Source: Patescibacteria group bacterium (GTDB lineage: Bacteria > Patescibacteriota > Microgenomatia > UBA8517). Taken from it: a stretch of 64,000 bases of DNA. Shown here in pieces: positions 45,109-54,424 of this stretch (position 1 is its first letter; each line of letters starts with the position of its first letter). The notes beneath the pieces were generated by a model. The model was not told the DNA's origin, made no database searches, and was given only the letters and a program-made list of their open reading frames with translations. The stretch spans positions 4,922 through 68,921 of the forward strand of contig DASSIE010000028.1 in assembly GCA_035692185.1 (NCBI GenBank), in the 5' to 3' direction. The position numbers and the translations under genes were made by a program.

Positions 45109-45765
45109 TTACCGGAAGAGGATGATTGGCCATTCCCAAAGTACGTGAAGGAAAATTGAACCCCAAATATTTTTTGTCCGGGCAAAAATAAAAGATGATC
45201 CCATTCCAAAAATTGCAGTAAGAATTAAATAAATAATCCCTGCCGAAAGACTCAACTTCCATATAAAAAATGCGATAGGAACATGAATAGCTGTCCACAA
45301 TAAGGTTGTAATTAAGTTTGCCATCCATTCATTTTTAGTAACCAACCAAAGCCTACTGAACACATATCCCCTGAAGGAAGTCTCCTCACTAAAAGCGGTG
45401 GCAAAGGAAAGACCAAAAGAAACTAAAAGTGGAGCAGACCCTATGTTGGCCCCGAAATTAAAACCACCGTATTTTAAGAAATTAGTTAGAACACCTTCAA
45501 AGACAAATATTGCGCCGAGTCCTAAAGATAAATAGATTGATGAAAAAAGATTTTTAAATGTAAAACCAAGTGAAGAAATTTCAAAGCCTTCTTTTTTAAG
45601 AAGAAAGAAGAGTGGAATAAGCCAAATAATTGGTTTTACGATTAATTCTTCTACTTCATCTGGAAGTTGAAATAAAAATCTATAAAAAGCCCAAACTATA
45701 ATCAAATAAGTGGCATAAACGGTTACGTTTTTCACAATTGAAGTTTTGCTTGGCAGTTTTGACAT
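45109..45765 (-). CDS. CPBP (Abi/CAAX) intramembrane metalloprotease
   Basis: EETSFRG, WTAIH, H..W motifs. Confidence 0.88.
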   Translation of the reverse strand: MSKLPSKTSIVKNVTVYATYLIIVWAFYRFLFQLPDEVEELIVKPIIWLIPLFFLLKKEGFEISSLGFTFKNLFSSIYLSLGLGAIFVFEGVLTNFLKYGGFNFGANIGSAPLLVSFGLSFATAFSEETSFRGYVFSRLWLVTKNEWMANLITTLLWTAIHVPIAFFIWKLSLSAGIIYLILTAIFGMGSSFIFARTKNIWGSIFLHVLWEWPIILFR

Positions 45766-45809
45766 GATTTCAGTACTCGATATTATGATACTAGGATACT
45801 AAGAGAAAG

Positions 45810-46343
45810 TCACGCAGGATCGGGTCGCCTAGTATCGATCTTACACTCTTTAAATGATCTATCGATTGCTTTAATTATCATTTCGATTCTATCTCCCGCT
45901 TCAGTTAATGTTATTGTATTTTTTTCATTAGGGAACCAATGAAAAATTAAATTACGAGACAGCTTCCAGGTATCCCAAAGATAATCTGCAAGATCCTGTC
46001 CTCCGCAATGCTTAACAATTTTATTGTAAACCCCCTCTCGCATTAGATTCTTATCTAAAGATGGGTTAAGAGCTTTTCCAATTCTAAAGTGTTTACCAAA
46101 ATAGTCCTCTTCTGTAATAAAACCCAATTCAACAAAAAGTTTTTTCAAAAAACCTTCATAAGCTTTTGCTGCTGGAAAAACAACAAAAGAATAATCATGA
46201 AATTTCATCTTTCCGCCCGGCAGGTCTGCCCCCCAACTATTGACTACAGTTAGTAAAAAATTAGAAGTGGTAATAAGTTTTTGTAGATCCTGGCCCAAAT
46301 AACTCCACCAAATTCGTTGTTCTAGTTGTTCAATAGATTCCAT
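45810..46343 (-). CDS. HEPN-domain protein, RnlA/LsoA C-terminal-like
   Basis: DYSFVVFPAAKAYEGFLKK and RNLIFH (Rx4H). Start set to ATG 46343 to avoid overlapping the divergent PBP gene. Confidence 0.65.
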   Translation of the reverse strand: MESIEQLEQRIWWSYLGQDLQKLITTSNFLLTVVNSWGADLPGGKMKFHDYSFVVFPAAKAYEGFLKKLFVELGFITEEDYFGKHFRIGKALNPSLDKNLMREGVYNKIVKHCGGQDLADYLWDTWKLSRNLIFHWFPNEKNTITLTEAGDRIEMIIKAIDRSFKECKIDTRRPDPA

Positions 46344-46360
46344 ACAGTATAATTTAAGCC

Positions 46361-48568
46361 ATGGGGAAGATTTTTGCAAAGATTAAAGAAAGTTTGACCA
46401 CAGAACAGGGCAGAAAAAAATTCATATTTTTTGGAATTTTAATATCCGCTTCCTTGTATTTGTTCTGGGGCATTCCACTCCCAACAAAACTTTCGGCTAG
46501 TAACCAGGCTGTTTCAACCAAACTTTTGGATAGAAACGGAAATCTTATTTATGAAATATACACGGACAAAAAAAGGTCTCCGGTAAAACTTTCCGAACTT
46601 CCAGATTCGGTAAAACAGGCCACAATTTCTATTGAAGATAAGGATTTTTATAAACATCAAGGGTTTAGCTTCACTGGAATTGTAAGAGCCTTCTATAACA
46701 CTGTATTTAAAAGAGAGCTCCAAGGAGGTTCAACCATTACCCAACAATTGGTAAAAAACGGTCTTCTAACACAAGAAAGAACAATTAGAAGAAAAGCTCA
46801 GGAAGTTTTTCTAACAATTATAGTTGAAGGAATATACACAAAGGATCAAATACTAGAAATGTATTTAAATCAGATTCCTTACGGAGGAACTGCATATGGA
46901 ATTGAGGCCGCAAGTGAAACTTATTTTGGAAAACAAGCACACGATCTAAGCCTTGCTGAGTCAGCGCTTTTAACAGGGCTTCCACAAAGGCCATCGACCT
47001 ATTCCCCATTTGGGGCACATCCGGAACTTGCTTCAGCGCGACAAGCAGAAGTCTTAAAACAAATGGTTGCAAATAAATATATTACTCAAGATGAGTCTAA
47101 TGAAGCCAGTAGTACAAAACTTAAATATGCCATGATCAAGCCTCCCCAAGCTCCACACTTTGCTTTGTGGATAAAAGAGCAGTTAGCAGATAAGTATGGT
47201 GACAAAATGGTTGAACAAGGAGGTTTGAGGGTGTATACAACACTAGACCTTGAAATACAAAACTTAGCACAAGAGTCTGTTGCCTCGGAGGTCGCAAAAC
47301 TTAAAAAACAAAATGTAGGAAACGGAGCCGCAATTGTAACAAAACCTTCAACAGGTGAGATTTTAGCAATGGTTGGTTCAAAGGATTATTTTGCCACTGA
47401 TGAAGATGGAAAAGTTAATGTAACTCTAGCTAAACGCCAACCAGGGTCATCTATTAAACCTATTAATTATGCTTTAGCACTAAAAGATCACAAGATTACA
47501 CTAGCAACGGCGTTTGCTGATATTCCAACTTGTTTCTTGGTTGTTGGGCAATCACAATATTGTCCTAAAAATTACGACAACACTTTCCACGGTCTTGTGC
47601 AAACCCGCTTCGCATTGGGAAACTCTTATAATATCCCTGCTGTAAAAATTTTAGCTGTCAATGGAATAGATAATTTTGTTTCGTTTGCTAAACAAATGGG
47701 TCTAATTACCCTGACAGACCCTTCCAATTATGGGCTCTCCTTGACACTTGGCGGTGGTGAGGTTAGACCCTACGACATGGCACAAGCATTTGGAGTATTT
47801 GCCAATCAAGGAATAAAACAACCTTTGATCGCAATTACAAAAGTTATGGATTGGAAAGGTAATACCTTGGAAGAAAACAACCCTAAAGAAACAGAGTTAA
47901 ACGGAGAAAGAGTTTTGGATCCCACTGTAACATTTTTAGTTTCGCATGTGCTTCTGGACAACAACGCAAGAAGTTCTGCTTTTGGACCAAGTTCGTTCCT
48001 TAATGTAAAAAACCATCCAGAAGTCTCGGTCAAAACTGGAACCACCAACGATAGACGCGATAACTGGACAATTGGCTATACCGCCGATACGGTGGTTGTC
48101 ATCTGGGTCGGAAATAACGACAACGCTCCAATGAGTGGGGCTGTCTCTGGTGTAACTGGGGCATCTCCTATTTGGAATAAAATCATAAAAGCAGTTTTGG
48201 ATAAAGCTGAAAAAGGAGCATATGATCCAAAGTCAATTGGTCATAACTGGCCAAAACAGCCAACTGGCGTGGTCGGCGCAACAATTTGTGCCGATACAGG
48301 TGGACTTCCGGGAAGTGATCCCGCAAACCCGGGATGTCCAACTAGATTTGAATATTTCCTAGATGGCACGATTCCTTCAACGTCATTTATAGTCAATCAG
48401 GATATACCACTTTACAATGATACTGGCCAAATGGCGGGCCCAGATGCTGATCCATCTCAAATTCATACAGAAAATAAGCCAACTTATACAGATCCTGACG
48501 GGGCTTTATATTGTATGACTTGTGCAATTGCCAGCTCCTCTGCAACAATTCGCTTTCCCCTTAGGTAG
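46361..48568 (+). CDS. Class A penicillin-binding protein (transglycosylase/transpeptidase)
   Basis: EDKDFYKH, GGSTITQQLVKN, SSIK, SYN, KTGT. Confidence 0.95.
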   Translation: MGKIFAKIKESLTTEQGRKKFIFFGILISASLYLFWGIPLPTKLSASNQAVSTKLLDRNGNLIYEIYTDKKRSPVKLSELPDSVKQATISIEDKDFYKHQGFSFTGIVRAFYNTVFKRELQGGSTITQQLVKNGLLTQERTIRRKAQEVFLTIIVEGIYTKDQILEMYLNQIPYGGTAYGIEAASETYFGKQAHDLSLAESALLTGLPQRPSTYSPFGAHPELASARQAEVLKQMVANKYITQDESNEASSTKLKYAMIKPPQAPHFALWIKEQLADKYGDKMVEQGGLRVYTTLDLEIQNLAQESVASEVAKLKKQNVGNGAAIVTKPSTGEILAMVGSKDYFATDEDGKVNVTLAKRQPGSSIKPINYALALKDHKITLATAFADIPTCFLVVGQSQYCPKNYDNTFHGLVQTRFALGNSYNIPAVKILAVNGIDNFVSFAKQMGLITLTDPSNYGLSLTLGGGEVRPYDMAQAFGVFANQGIKQPLIAITKVMDWKGNTLEENNPKETELNGERVLDPTVTFLVSHVLLDNNARSSAFGPSSFLNVKNHPEVSVKTGTTNDRRDNWTIGYTADTVVVIWVGNNDNAPMSGAVSGVTGASPIWNKIIKAVLDKAEKGAYDPKSIGHNWPKQPTGVVGATICADTGGLPGSDPANPGCPTRFEYFLDGTIPSTSFIVNQDIPLYNDTGQMAGPDADPSQIHTENKPTYTDPDGALYCMTCAIASSSATIRFPLR

Positions 48569-48606
48569 ATCTGTCAGAAATTCGTATTAGCTGTTACAAT
48601 ACCTCG

Positions 48607-50931
48607 ATGCCTAAACAGGCTCGTAAAAAATCCAATGCAAATCTTGCCCCAAAGATTTTAATTTTTATTGGGAAACCAATATATTTTCTTCTTTCAAGTT
48701 TTGTTGTTGGAATCATTTTAGTTCTTTCTTCTATTGGTCACGTAACCCAAGTTTTGACAGAAAATTTAATTAAAACAATTAAACCTAAAAAGAAGAAAGA
48801 GAAAAAGACTATAAAAAAGAAAATTGAAGTTAAGACTAAGACTCAAAACTTCAAAAACTTTAAGAACTTTTTAAAACTCTTTTTTCTTAGAGTCTCTCTT
48901 CTTCGACTAAAAATTCTATCGAAAATAAAAAAGCCAAAGTTTAACTTCAAAATTATATTTTCAGTTGTTGTTGTCCTACTTTTAACTTTTACTTTTTACC
49001 TTTTAATCTTGAAGGATCTCCCTTCCCCCAAAGAACTTACACAAAGAGATCCGGAAGTCTCTACAAAAATTTATGACAGAAACGGAAATTTACTTTATAA
49101 AATTTATAAAAATAAAAATCGAACTATCATTCCAATAACACAAATTCCCCTGCACGTTAAACTTGCAACACTTGCTGCTGAGGATGCAGAATTTTACGAC
49201 CACTTAGGGTTTTCCGTCAAAGGAATAATCCGCGCAGCTACTTCTAATTTTCATAACGGCTCGCTTCAAGGTGGCTCAACTATTACACAACAGCTTGTTA
49301 AAAATGTACTTTTAACTCCCGAGCGGACAATAATTCGAAAAATTAAAGAGCTTATTTTGTCTGTTGCAGTTGAGAGCTCCTACACCAAAGATCAAATTTT
49401 AGAAATGTACTTAAATGAAGTCTCATACGGTGGAACTGCATATGGAATTGAGGAAGGAAGTGAAACATATTTCGACAAAGATGTTAAAGATTTATCTCTT
49501 GCCGAGGCTGCTTTTTTGGCGGGAATACCCAAGGCTCCAACAGTATTTTCTCCCTTTGGACAAGATCCAGACTTAGCCTTTGAGCGCCAAAGAGATGTGC
49601 TGCATTTAATGGTTATTAATAAATATATTACAAAAGAACAAGAAGAAGTTGCCTTAAACGAAAGTCTAACTTTTGCTCCAAATAAAACAGAGATTAAAGC
49701 TCCTCATTTTGTGATGTATGTAAGAAAACTTTTAGTTGATAAATACGGTGAGGATATGGTTGAAAAAGGAGGCCTGGAAGTTACCACTAGTCTTGACCTC
49801 GGTGTGCAAGAACTATCCGAAAAAATTGTTAAAGATGAAGTTGAAAAAATTAAAAGTTTACATGTAGGTAACGGCTCGTCATTGATTTTAAATCCGCAAA
49901 CGGGTGAGATTTTAGCGATGGTTGGTTCAAAGGATTATTTTGATGTTAAAAATGATGGCAATGTAAATGTTTTAACAAGACTAAGGCAACCTGGGTCCGC
50001 AGTTAAAGTTGTAAATTACGCCTACGCTTTGTCTACAAAATATACGCCATCTACTATAATAGATGACTCACCAATCACGTACTCCACCCCAGGATCCCCC
50101 CCCTACTCCCCTAAAAATTACGATGGAAAATTCTTAGGAAAAGTTACATTAAGAAGTGCACTCGCCCAATCTAGAAATATCCCTGCTGTAAAAATACTTG
50201 CAAGTTATGGCGTTAGCAAAATGGTTGAGATGGGAAAAAGTATGGGAATCACTACATGGGATGATCCGTCCCAATATGGATTGTCACTTACCCTGGGTGG
50301 AGGTGCTGTAAAAGCTATTGATTTGGCTAAAGTTTTTTCGACAATTGCGAACAATGGCAAAAGACCAGATCTTATTTCAATTTTGGACGTAAAAGATTAC
50401 AAAGGCCATGTTTTAGAAAAAAATAAGCCCTCAAATTTAGAAATACTTGATCCAAGAGTGGCTTATTTGTTAATAGACATTTTAAAAGACAATACAGCAC
50501 GGGCTCCTGAGTTTGGTTTTAATTCATACCTTGCTATTAAAGACCACCCAGAGGTTGCAGTAAAAACCGGAACTAGCAATGATTTAAGAGACAACTGGGC
50601 AGTTGGATTTAATCAAAACTTTTTAGTACTTACTTGGGTTGGCAACAATGACAATTCGGAAATGAGCAGAATTGCCTCGGGTGTAACTGGAGCGTCCCCT
50701 GTTTGGAATAAAATTATGACAGCACTACTGGCTGATGACCCCTCAATCGATTGGCGAACTCCTGATGGCCTAGTAAAAATAAATTGTCTGGGAAAGGGCG
50801 AATGGTTTTTAAAGGAAAATATTCCAACAAATTATTGCAAACCAGTTCCTTCTTTAACACCAAATGAAACGACTAATGGTTTACCTGGTGGCAAAATTTT
50901 AGATTCCGGGATCTCAACAGTTAGACGCTAA
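48607..50931 (+). CDS. Class A penicillin-binding protein, paralog with long Lys-rich N-terminus
   Basis: EDAEFYDH, GGSTITQQLVKN, SAVK, SRN, KTGT. Confidence 0.95.
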   Translation: MPKQARKKSNANLAPKILIFIGKPIYFLLSSFVVGIILVLSSIGHVTQVLTENLIKTIKPKKKKEKKTIKKKIEVKTKTQNFKNFKNFLKLFFLRVSLLRLKILSKIKKPKFNFKIIFSVVVVLLLTFTFYLLILKDLPSPKELTQRDPEVSTKIYDRNGNLLYKIYKNKNRTIIPITQIPLHVKLATLAAEDAEFYDHLGFSVKGIIRAATSNFHNGSLQGGSTITQQLVKNVLLTPERTIIRKIKELILSVAVESSYTKDQILEMYLNEVSYGGTAYGIEEGSETYFDKDVKDLSLAEAAFLAGIPKAPTVFSPFGQDPDLAFERQRDVLHLMVINKYITKEQEEVALNESLTFAPNKTEIKAPHFVMYVRKLLVDKYGEDMVEKGGLEVTTSLDLGVQELSEKIVKDEVEKIKSLHVGNGSSLILNPQTGEILAMVGSKDYFDVKNDGNVNVLTRLRQPGSAVKVVNYAYALSTKYTPSTIIDDSPITYSTPGSPPYSPKNYDGKFLGKVTLRSALAQSRNIPAVKILASYGVSKMVEMGKSMGITTWDDPSQYGLSLTLGGGAVKAIDLAKVFSTIANNGKRPDLISILDVKDYKGHVLEKNKPSNLEILDPRVAYLLIDILKDNTARAPEFGFNSYLAIKDHPEVAVKTGTSNDLRDNWAVGFNQNFLVLTWVGNNDNSEMSRIASGVTGASPVWNKIMTALLADDPSIDWRTPDGLVKINCLGKGEWFLKENIPTNYCKPVPSLTPNETTNGLPGGKILDSGISTVRR

Positions 50932-50951
50932 GACATTATTCTGAAAGAACA

Positions 50952-51635
50952 TTATTCTGAAAGTTCCCTATATAGAAGATATGATGGCAATATACCTAAT
51001 GCACCCACCAAGGAAACTGTTAGGGTCCCAATATATGGAACTGCCGAAACAATAGCCCCAGCAAGAGCTGTAAATATTCCAAAAACAAAAACTCTACCGA
51101 ATATTTTCCAGAATCTTCCTTTTATAAGAGCCTTGCTCTTTTTTAAAGAATCGACAATCCCCGTTTTTCCTTCCATAAATATAAATTTAGAAAAATAAAA
51201 CCAAACTGAAAAAATAATTCCGGGGATAACCAAAAGAATTATTCCTCCAAAAATAGCTAAAAGAGTTAGAATAGATACTAATGAGAAACCCCAAAGTTTT
51301 TTCCAAGCAACTTTAAATAATTCTTTAACAGGCAAGACCTTATTTGTTAAAACTCCCTCAATTGCCAAAATTCCTGCCGCACCAACCCAAAATGAAATAA
51401 TTACCAGTAACAAATTTGAAATTACTACAAATGCAACCAACCAAGGGTATTTAGAAACAAAAGAAGCAGGATCGTTTATACTATCCTGAGGCATAAAACT
51501 TTTTTGAAAAAGACCAAATAGCCAAAACGGAACAAGTGGGCTATAAACTTTTAAAAAGTAGACGAGATTCCCTTTTTTAAAAAATATTTCAAAAGATTTT
51601 TTAATTAGATCAATTGGAGAAGAGAGTTTTTGCAT
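50952..51635 (-). CDS. Multi-pass membrane protein
   Basis: Several TM helices; LLVIPGIIF.VW and SLKKSKALIKGRFW motifs. Confidence 0.7.
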   Translation of the reverse strand: MQKLSSPIDLIKKSFEIFFKKGNLVYFLKVYSPLVPFWLFGLFQKSFMPQDSINDPASFVSKYPWLVAFVVISNLLLVIISFWVGAAGILAIEGVLTNKVLPVKELFKVAWKKLWGFSLVSILTLLAIFGGIILLVIPGIIFSVWFYFSKFIFMEGKTGIVDSLKKSKALIKGRFWKIFGRVFVFGIFTALAGAIVSAVPYIGTLTVSLVGALGILPSYLLYRELSE

Positions 51636-51648
51636 AGTGTCTATTATA

Positions 51649-51984
51649 CTATTTCTTTCTGATTTCTATAACACCATCTTTAAAAATATTAAATGAACTA
51701 AAATTTGGTTTTTCAAAATTAAAGTTAAATCCAGAAAATACAATATTTCTGGATGTTAAAGACAAGATTCCAGCAATTATCAAGGTTGATAAAAATATAG
51801 TAAGAATAATTAGACGTTCTTTCTTTCCCCAAGGTTTCGGTGGTTCTATTCTTTTTTTCTTGTTTTCTGGGTTTAGATCTTTAAATTTTCTTGTTAATTT
51901 TCGCTCTTCTTGATCATTTTCCAATTCCAACTCGTCATCTTCTTCGTAATCATCTTCATCTCTCTTTTTTCCAAAAATTCCCAT
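51649..51984 (-). CDS. Single-TM hypothetical protein
   Basis: Acidic/basic N-terminus, PPKPWGKKER, then a TM helix. Confidence 0.6.
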   Translation of the reverse strand: MGIFGKKRDEDDYEEDDELELENDQEERKLTRKFKDLNPENKKKRIEPPKPWGKKERLIILTIFLSTLIIAGILSLTSRNIVFSGFNFNFEKPNFSSFNIFKDGVIEIRKK

Positions 51985-51990
51985 GTTTGG

Positions 51991-52980
51991 TTATTTACGT
52001 CTTTTCTCCCAAACCTTTTCATCAACCATACTCTGAGGTTTTGTGTTGGATAGAACATTTAAAATAGCTTCGACTGCCATCTCCCCCATTTTATTTCTTG
52101 CCTCATGAGTAGCACTAGCTATGTGTGGAGTCGTAATAACATTTGGCATACCAGTTAACTCCGGGTCGATATTTGGTTCGTTATCAAAAACGTCAAGTGC
52201 GGCACCCCCCAATTGCCCACTTCTTAGTGCTTCAACTAAATCTTTTTCATTGACCACCGGCCCACGGGCGGTATTAATTAAAAATGCTCCTTTTTTCATT
52301 TTTGCCAAATTTTCAATACTCATCATATGTCTTGTTTCCTCGGTTAGTGGAACGTGGAGTGTAACTACATCGCTTTCACCAAGTAGTGAATCAAGATCAC
52401 AAAACTTAACCCCTAATTTTTCCTCACATCCAATATCACGAGTGCGTTTGTTGTAAACAACATTCATTTTATATCCTACCGCACGTCTAGCTACCATTGT
52501 TCCAATTCCTCCGAGACCAATTATTCCTAATGTTTTTCCGATGAGTGAAGTCCCCAAAAAAATATCTGGTTCCCAACCTTTATACATTCCACGGCGTGTT
52601 GCTTCATCTGCTTCAACTATGCGTCTTGCAAGGCCAGAGATAAGCGCCCATGTGTGTTCTGCTACGGCTTCATCAACCTCCTCCGAAGGAGTGTTGGTTA
52701 CAATTACTCCCCTATCTGTTGCCTCAGGTATATTAATGTTGTCAAAACCAACAGCATAGTTGGAAATTATTTTAAGTTGAGGCCCTGCAGCATCAATCAA
52801 GTCTCCATCAATTTTGTCTGTTAAAAGTGAAAGAATAGCGTCAACCCCTTTAACTTTTTCTACCAATTCTTCTGGAGTTAAAACTCGGGAAAATTCTGAG
52901 ACAACAACGTCATGCCCAGCTTTTTTGAGCTTTTCTATGTGGTCCCCCGGAATTTTTCGTGTAACAAAAACTTTTGCCAT
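51991..52980 (-). CDS. D-2-hydroxyacid dehydrogenase (glyoxylate reductase/D-glycerate dehydrogenase)
   Basis: AVGFDNI, GIIGLGGIG, LHVPLT, INTARG, LDVF, TPHIAS. Confidence 0.92.
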   Translation of the reverse strand: MAKVFVTRKIPGDHIEKLKKAGHDVVVSEFSRVLTPEELVEKVKGVDAILSLLTDKIDGDLIDAAGPQLKIISNYAVGFDNINIPEATDRGVIVTNTPSEEVDEAVAEHTWALISGLARRIVEADEATRRGMYKGWEPDIFLGTSLIGKTLGIIGLGGIGTMVARRAVGYKMNVVYNKRTRDIGCEEKLGVKFCDLDSLLGESDVVTLHVPLTEETRHMMSIENLAKMKKGAFLINTARGPVVNEKDLVEALRSGQLGGAALDVFDNEPNIDPELTGMPNVITTPHIASATHEARNKMGEMAVEAILNVLSNTKPQSMVDEKVWEKRRK

Positions 52981-52998
52981 AATTTTGCGCACTAAGCG

Positions 52999-54003
52999 TT
53001 ATAAAGATTGTACAACTACCCCTGAACTTTTAGCTCTTGCCAGCCATTGATCTACCTCGTTAATTTTGAGTAGTCCTTTTTGACTCCCTGTGTAGCCAAT
53101 AACTGAGGATGAGTTGATTGTTCCCCAAAGAATTGCTTCCTCTAAACTTTTACCATGAATTAAAGCTGAAAGGCAACCCGACCCAAAAGCATCCCCCGCA
53201 CCAGTTCTTTCGTAAGCGTCAACTGGTAAGGTCCCAACTTTAGCAAATTTACCGTTTAACGAGTCGTATGCAAATGCTCCATTATTCCCATCTGTAATAA
53301 TACAAATTTTTGGGCCAAGTTTATTTAGCGCTATTAACAAATCTCGATCTTTTCCCGCCGATTCACCAAACTTAGTTAGTTTTTCAGCTTCCTCACGGTT
53401 AACGGAAATTAAATAAGATAAGGTCATAACAGGTTCTATATCTTTATATTCTCCTCTTAATTGCCAGCTACCGGGGTTAAAAGCTAGTTTGATTGTGGGG
53501 TTAGCCTTAAGCCAGTCCACCAAATGATTATAGAAAGGCCTGAAACTCTCCCCCATACTGGTTAAGTAAACCCAAGGCACCACCGGAAGTTTTACTGGAA
53601 ATTCATAACTCCTTGGTGCATGGTAAACAAAAATAGTTCTTTCTCCCGAGTAATTAATTATTGTTGAATAATTAGAAGTTGTACCGGGTTGTTGAATTAT
53701 ATAAGTTGGGTCCACTCCTTCGTCTTTAAGACGCGCGACAATCATTTCGGCAACGCTGTCTTGCCCCAGAGTTAAAACAATTGCACTATTAATTCCCAAT
53801 CTTTTAGCCCCCACCGCATTGTTAGCAGCATTTCCGCCAATTGAAAATGCTAAATTTTTAACCGGGATTTTATTTCCATAAGAAAAGGCAATAAAACATT
53901 CTTTGGTATCAATTTGACAAAGAGTATCGCTCTCCAAAGGAGTCATGAAGGTATCAATTGAAGCGTCGCCAATACTCAACAGATCAAAGTTTTCCATAAT
54001 CAT
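52999..54003 (-). CDS. PfkB family carbohydrate kinase
   Basis: GGNAANNAVG..RLG, NPG, NREEA, TGAGDAFGSG. Confidence 0.92.
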   Translation of the reverse strand: MIMENFDLLSIGDASIDTFMTPLESDTLCQIDTKECFIAFSYGNKIPVKNLAFSIGGNAANNAVGAKRLGINSAIVLTLGQDSVAEMIVARLKDEGVDPTYIIQQPGTTSNYSTIINYSGERTIFVYHAPRSYEFPVKLPVVPWVYLTSMGESFRPFYNHLVDWLKANPTIKLAFNPGSWQLRGEYKDIEPVMTLSYLISVNREEAEKLTKFGESAGKDRDLLIALNKLGPKICIITDGNNGAFAYDSLNGKFAKVGTLPVDAYERTGAGDAFGSGCLSALIHGKSLEEAILWGTINSSSVIGYTGSQKGLLKINEVDQWLARAKSSGVVVQSL

Positions 54004-54010
54004 TGCAAAT

Positions 54011-54424
54011 AGTCTACAGTCTACAGTCTACAGTTTTTTGATAGAGTTAATCAATGCATTTATCTTAGATGCAAGAAGATTTAATTTGTTGTAAACCAGA
54101 TTAAAGTCTTTTTCATTCAAGTATTTTAAGTCGAGTGCTACATACATCGCTGTCACAACTTCTTCTAAAGAACCCAACGATATTCTTAAAAATTTAACGA
54201 ATTCTTTGTCAGACTTCTTGTCTGATCCCTCTGCAATATTTAAAGCAATTGATACTACCGCCCTCTTAATTTGGTTTGTTAAAGCAAATATCTCATTTTT
54301 GGGAAAGTGTAACGTGAGTTTGTATATGTCCACAATCAAAACTCTTGATTCTTGCCAAACTTGAAGTTTTTCAAATCTGAAGCTCATTTTTGTTTGTTTT
54401 AGGCTGTAGTCTGTAGTCTGTTAG
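54011..54424. repeat. Inverted heptamer arrays bracketing the four-helix-bundle gene
   Basis: Left (AGTCTAC)3AG at 54011-54033; right GCTGTAG TCTGTAG TCTGTTAG at 54403-54424. Confidence 0.85.
54028..54387 (-). CDS. Four helix bundle protein (23S rRNA IVP-like family)
   Basis: FEKLQVWQES, FPKNEIFALTNQIKRAVVSIALNIAEG, FLRISLGSLEE. Confidence 0.93.
   Translation of the reverse strand: MSFRFEKLQVWQESRVLIVDIYKLTLHFPKNEIFALTNQIKRAVVSIALNIAEGSDKKSDKEFVKFLRISLGSLEEVVTAMYVALDLKYLNEKDFNLVYNKLNLLASKINALINSIKKL

Noticed and set aside
46361-50931. Shared nucleotide stretches between the two PBP genes as a recombination cassette
   Set aside because: The matches coincide with conserved protein motifs of paralogs; ordinary tandem duplication explains them.
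54028-54387. Four-helix bundle as Avd of a diversity-generating retroelement, or as a 23S rRNA intervening sequence
   Set aside because: No reverse transcriptase, no TR/VR pair with adenine-specific mismatches, and no rRNA in the window.
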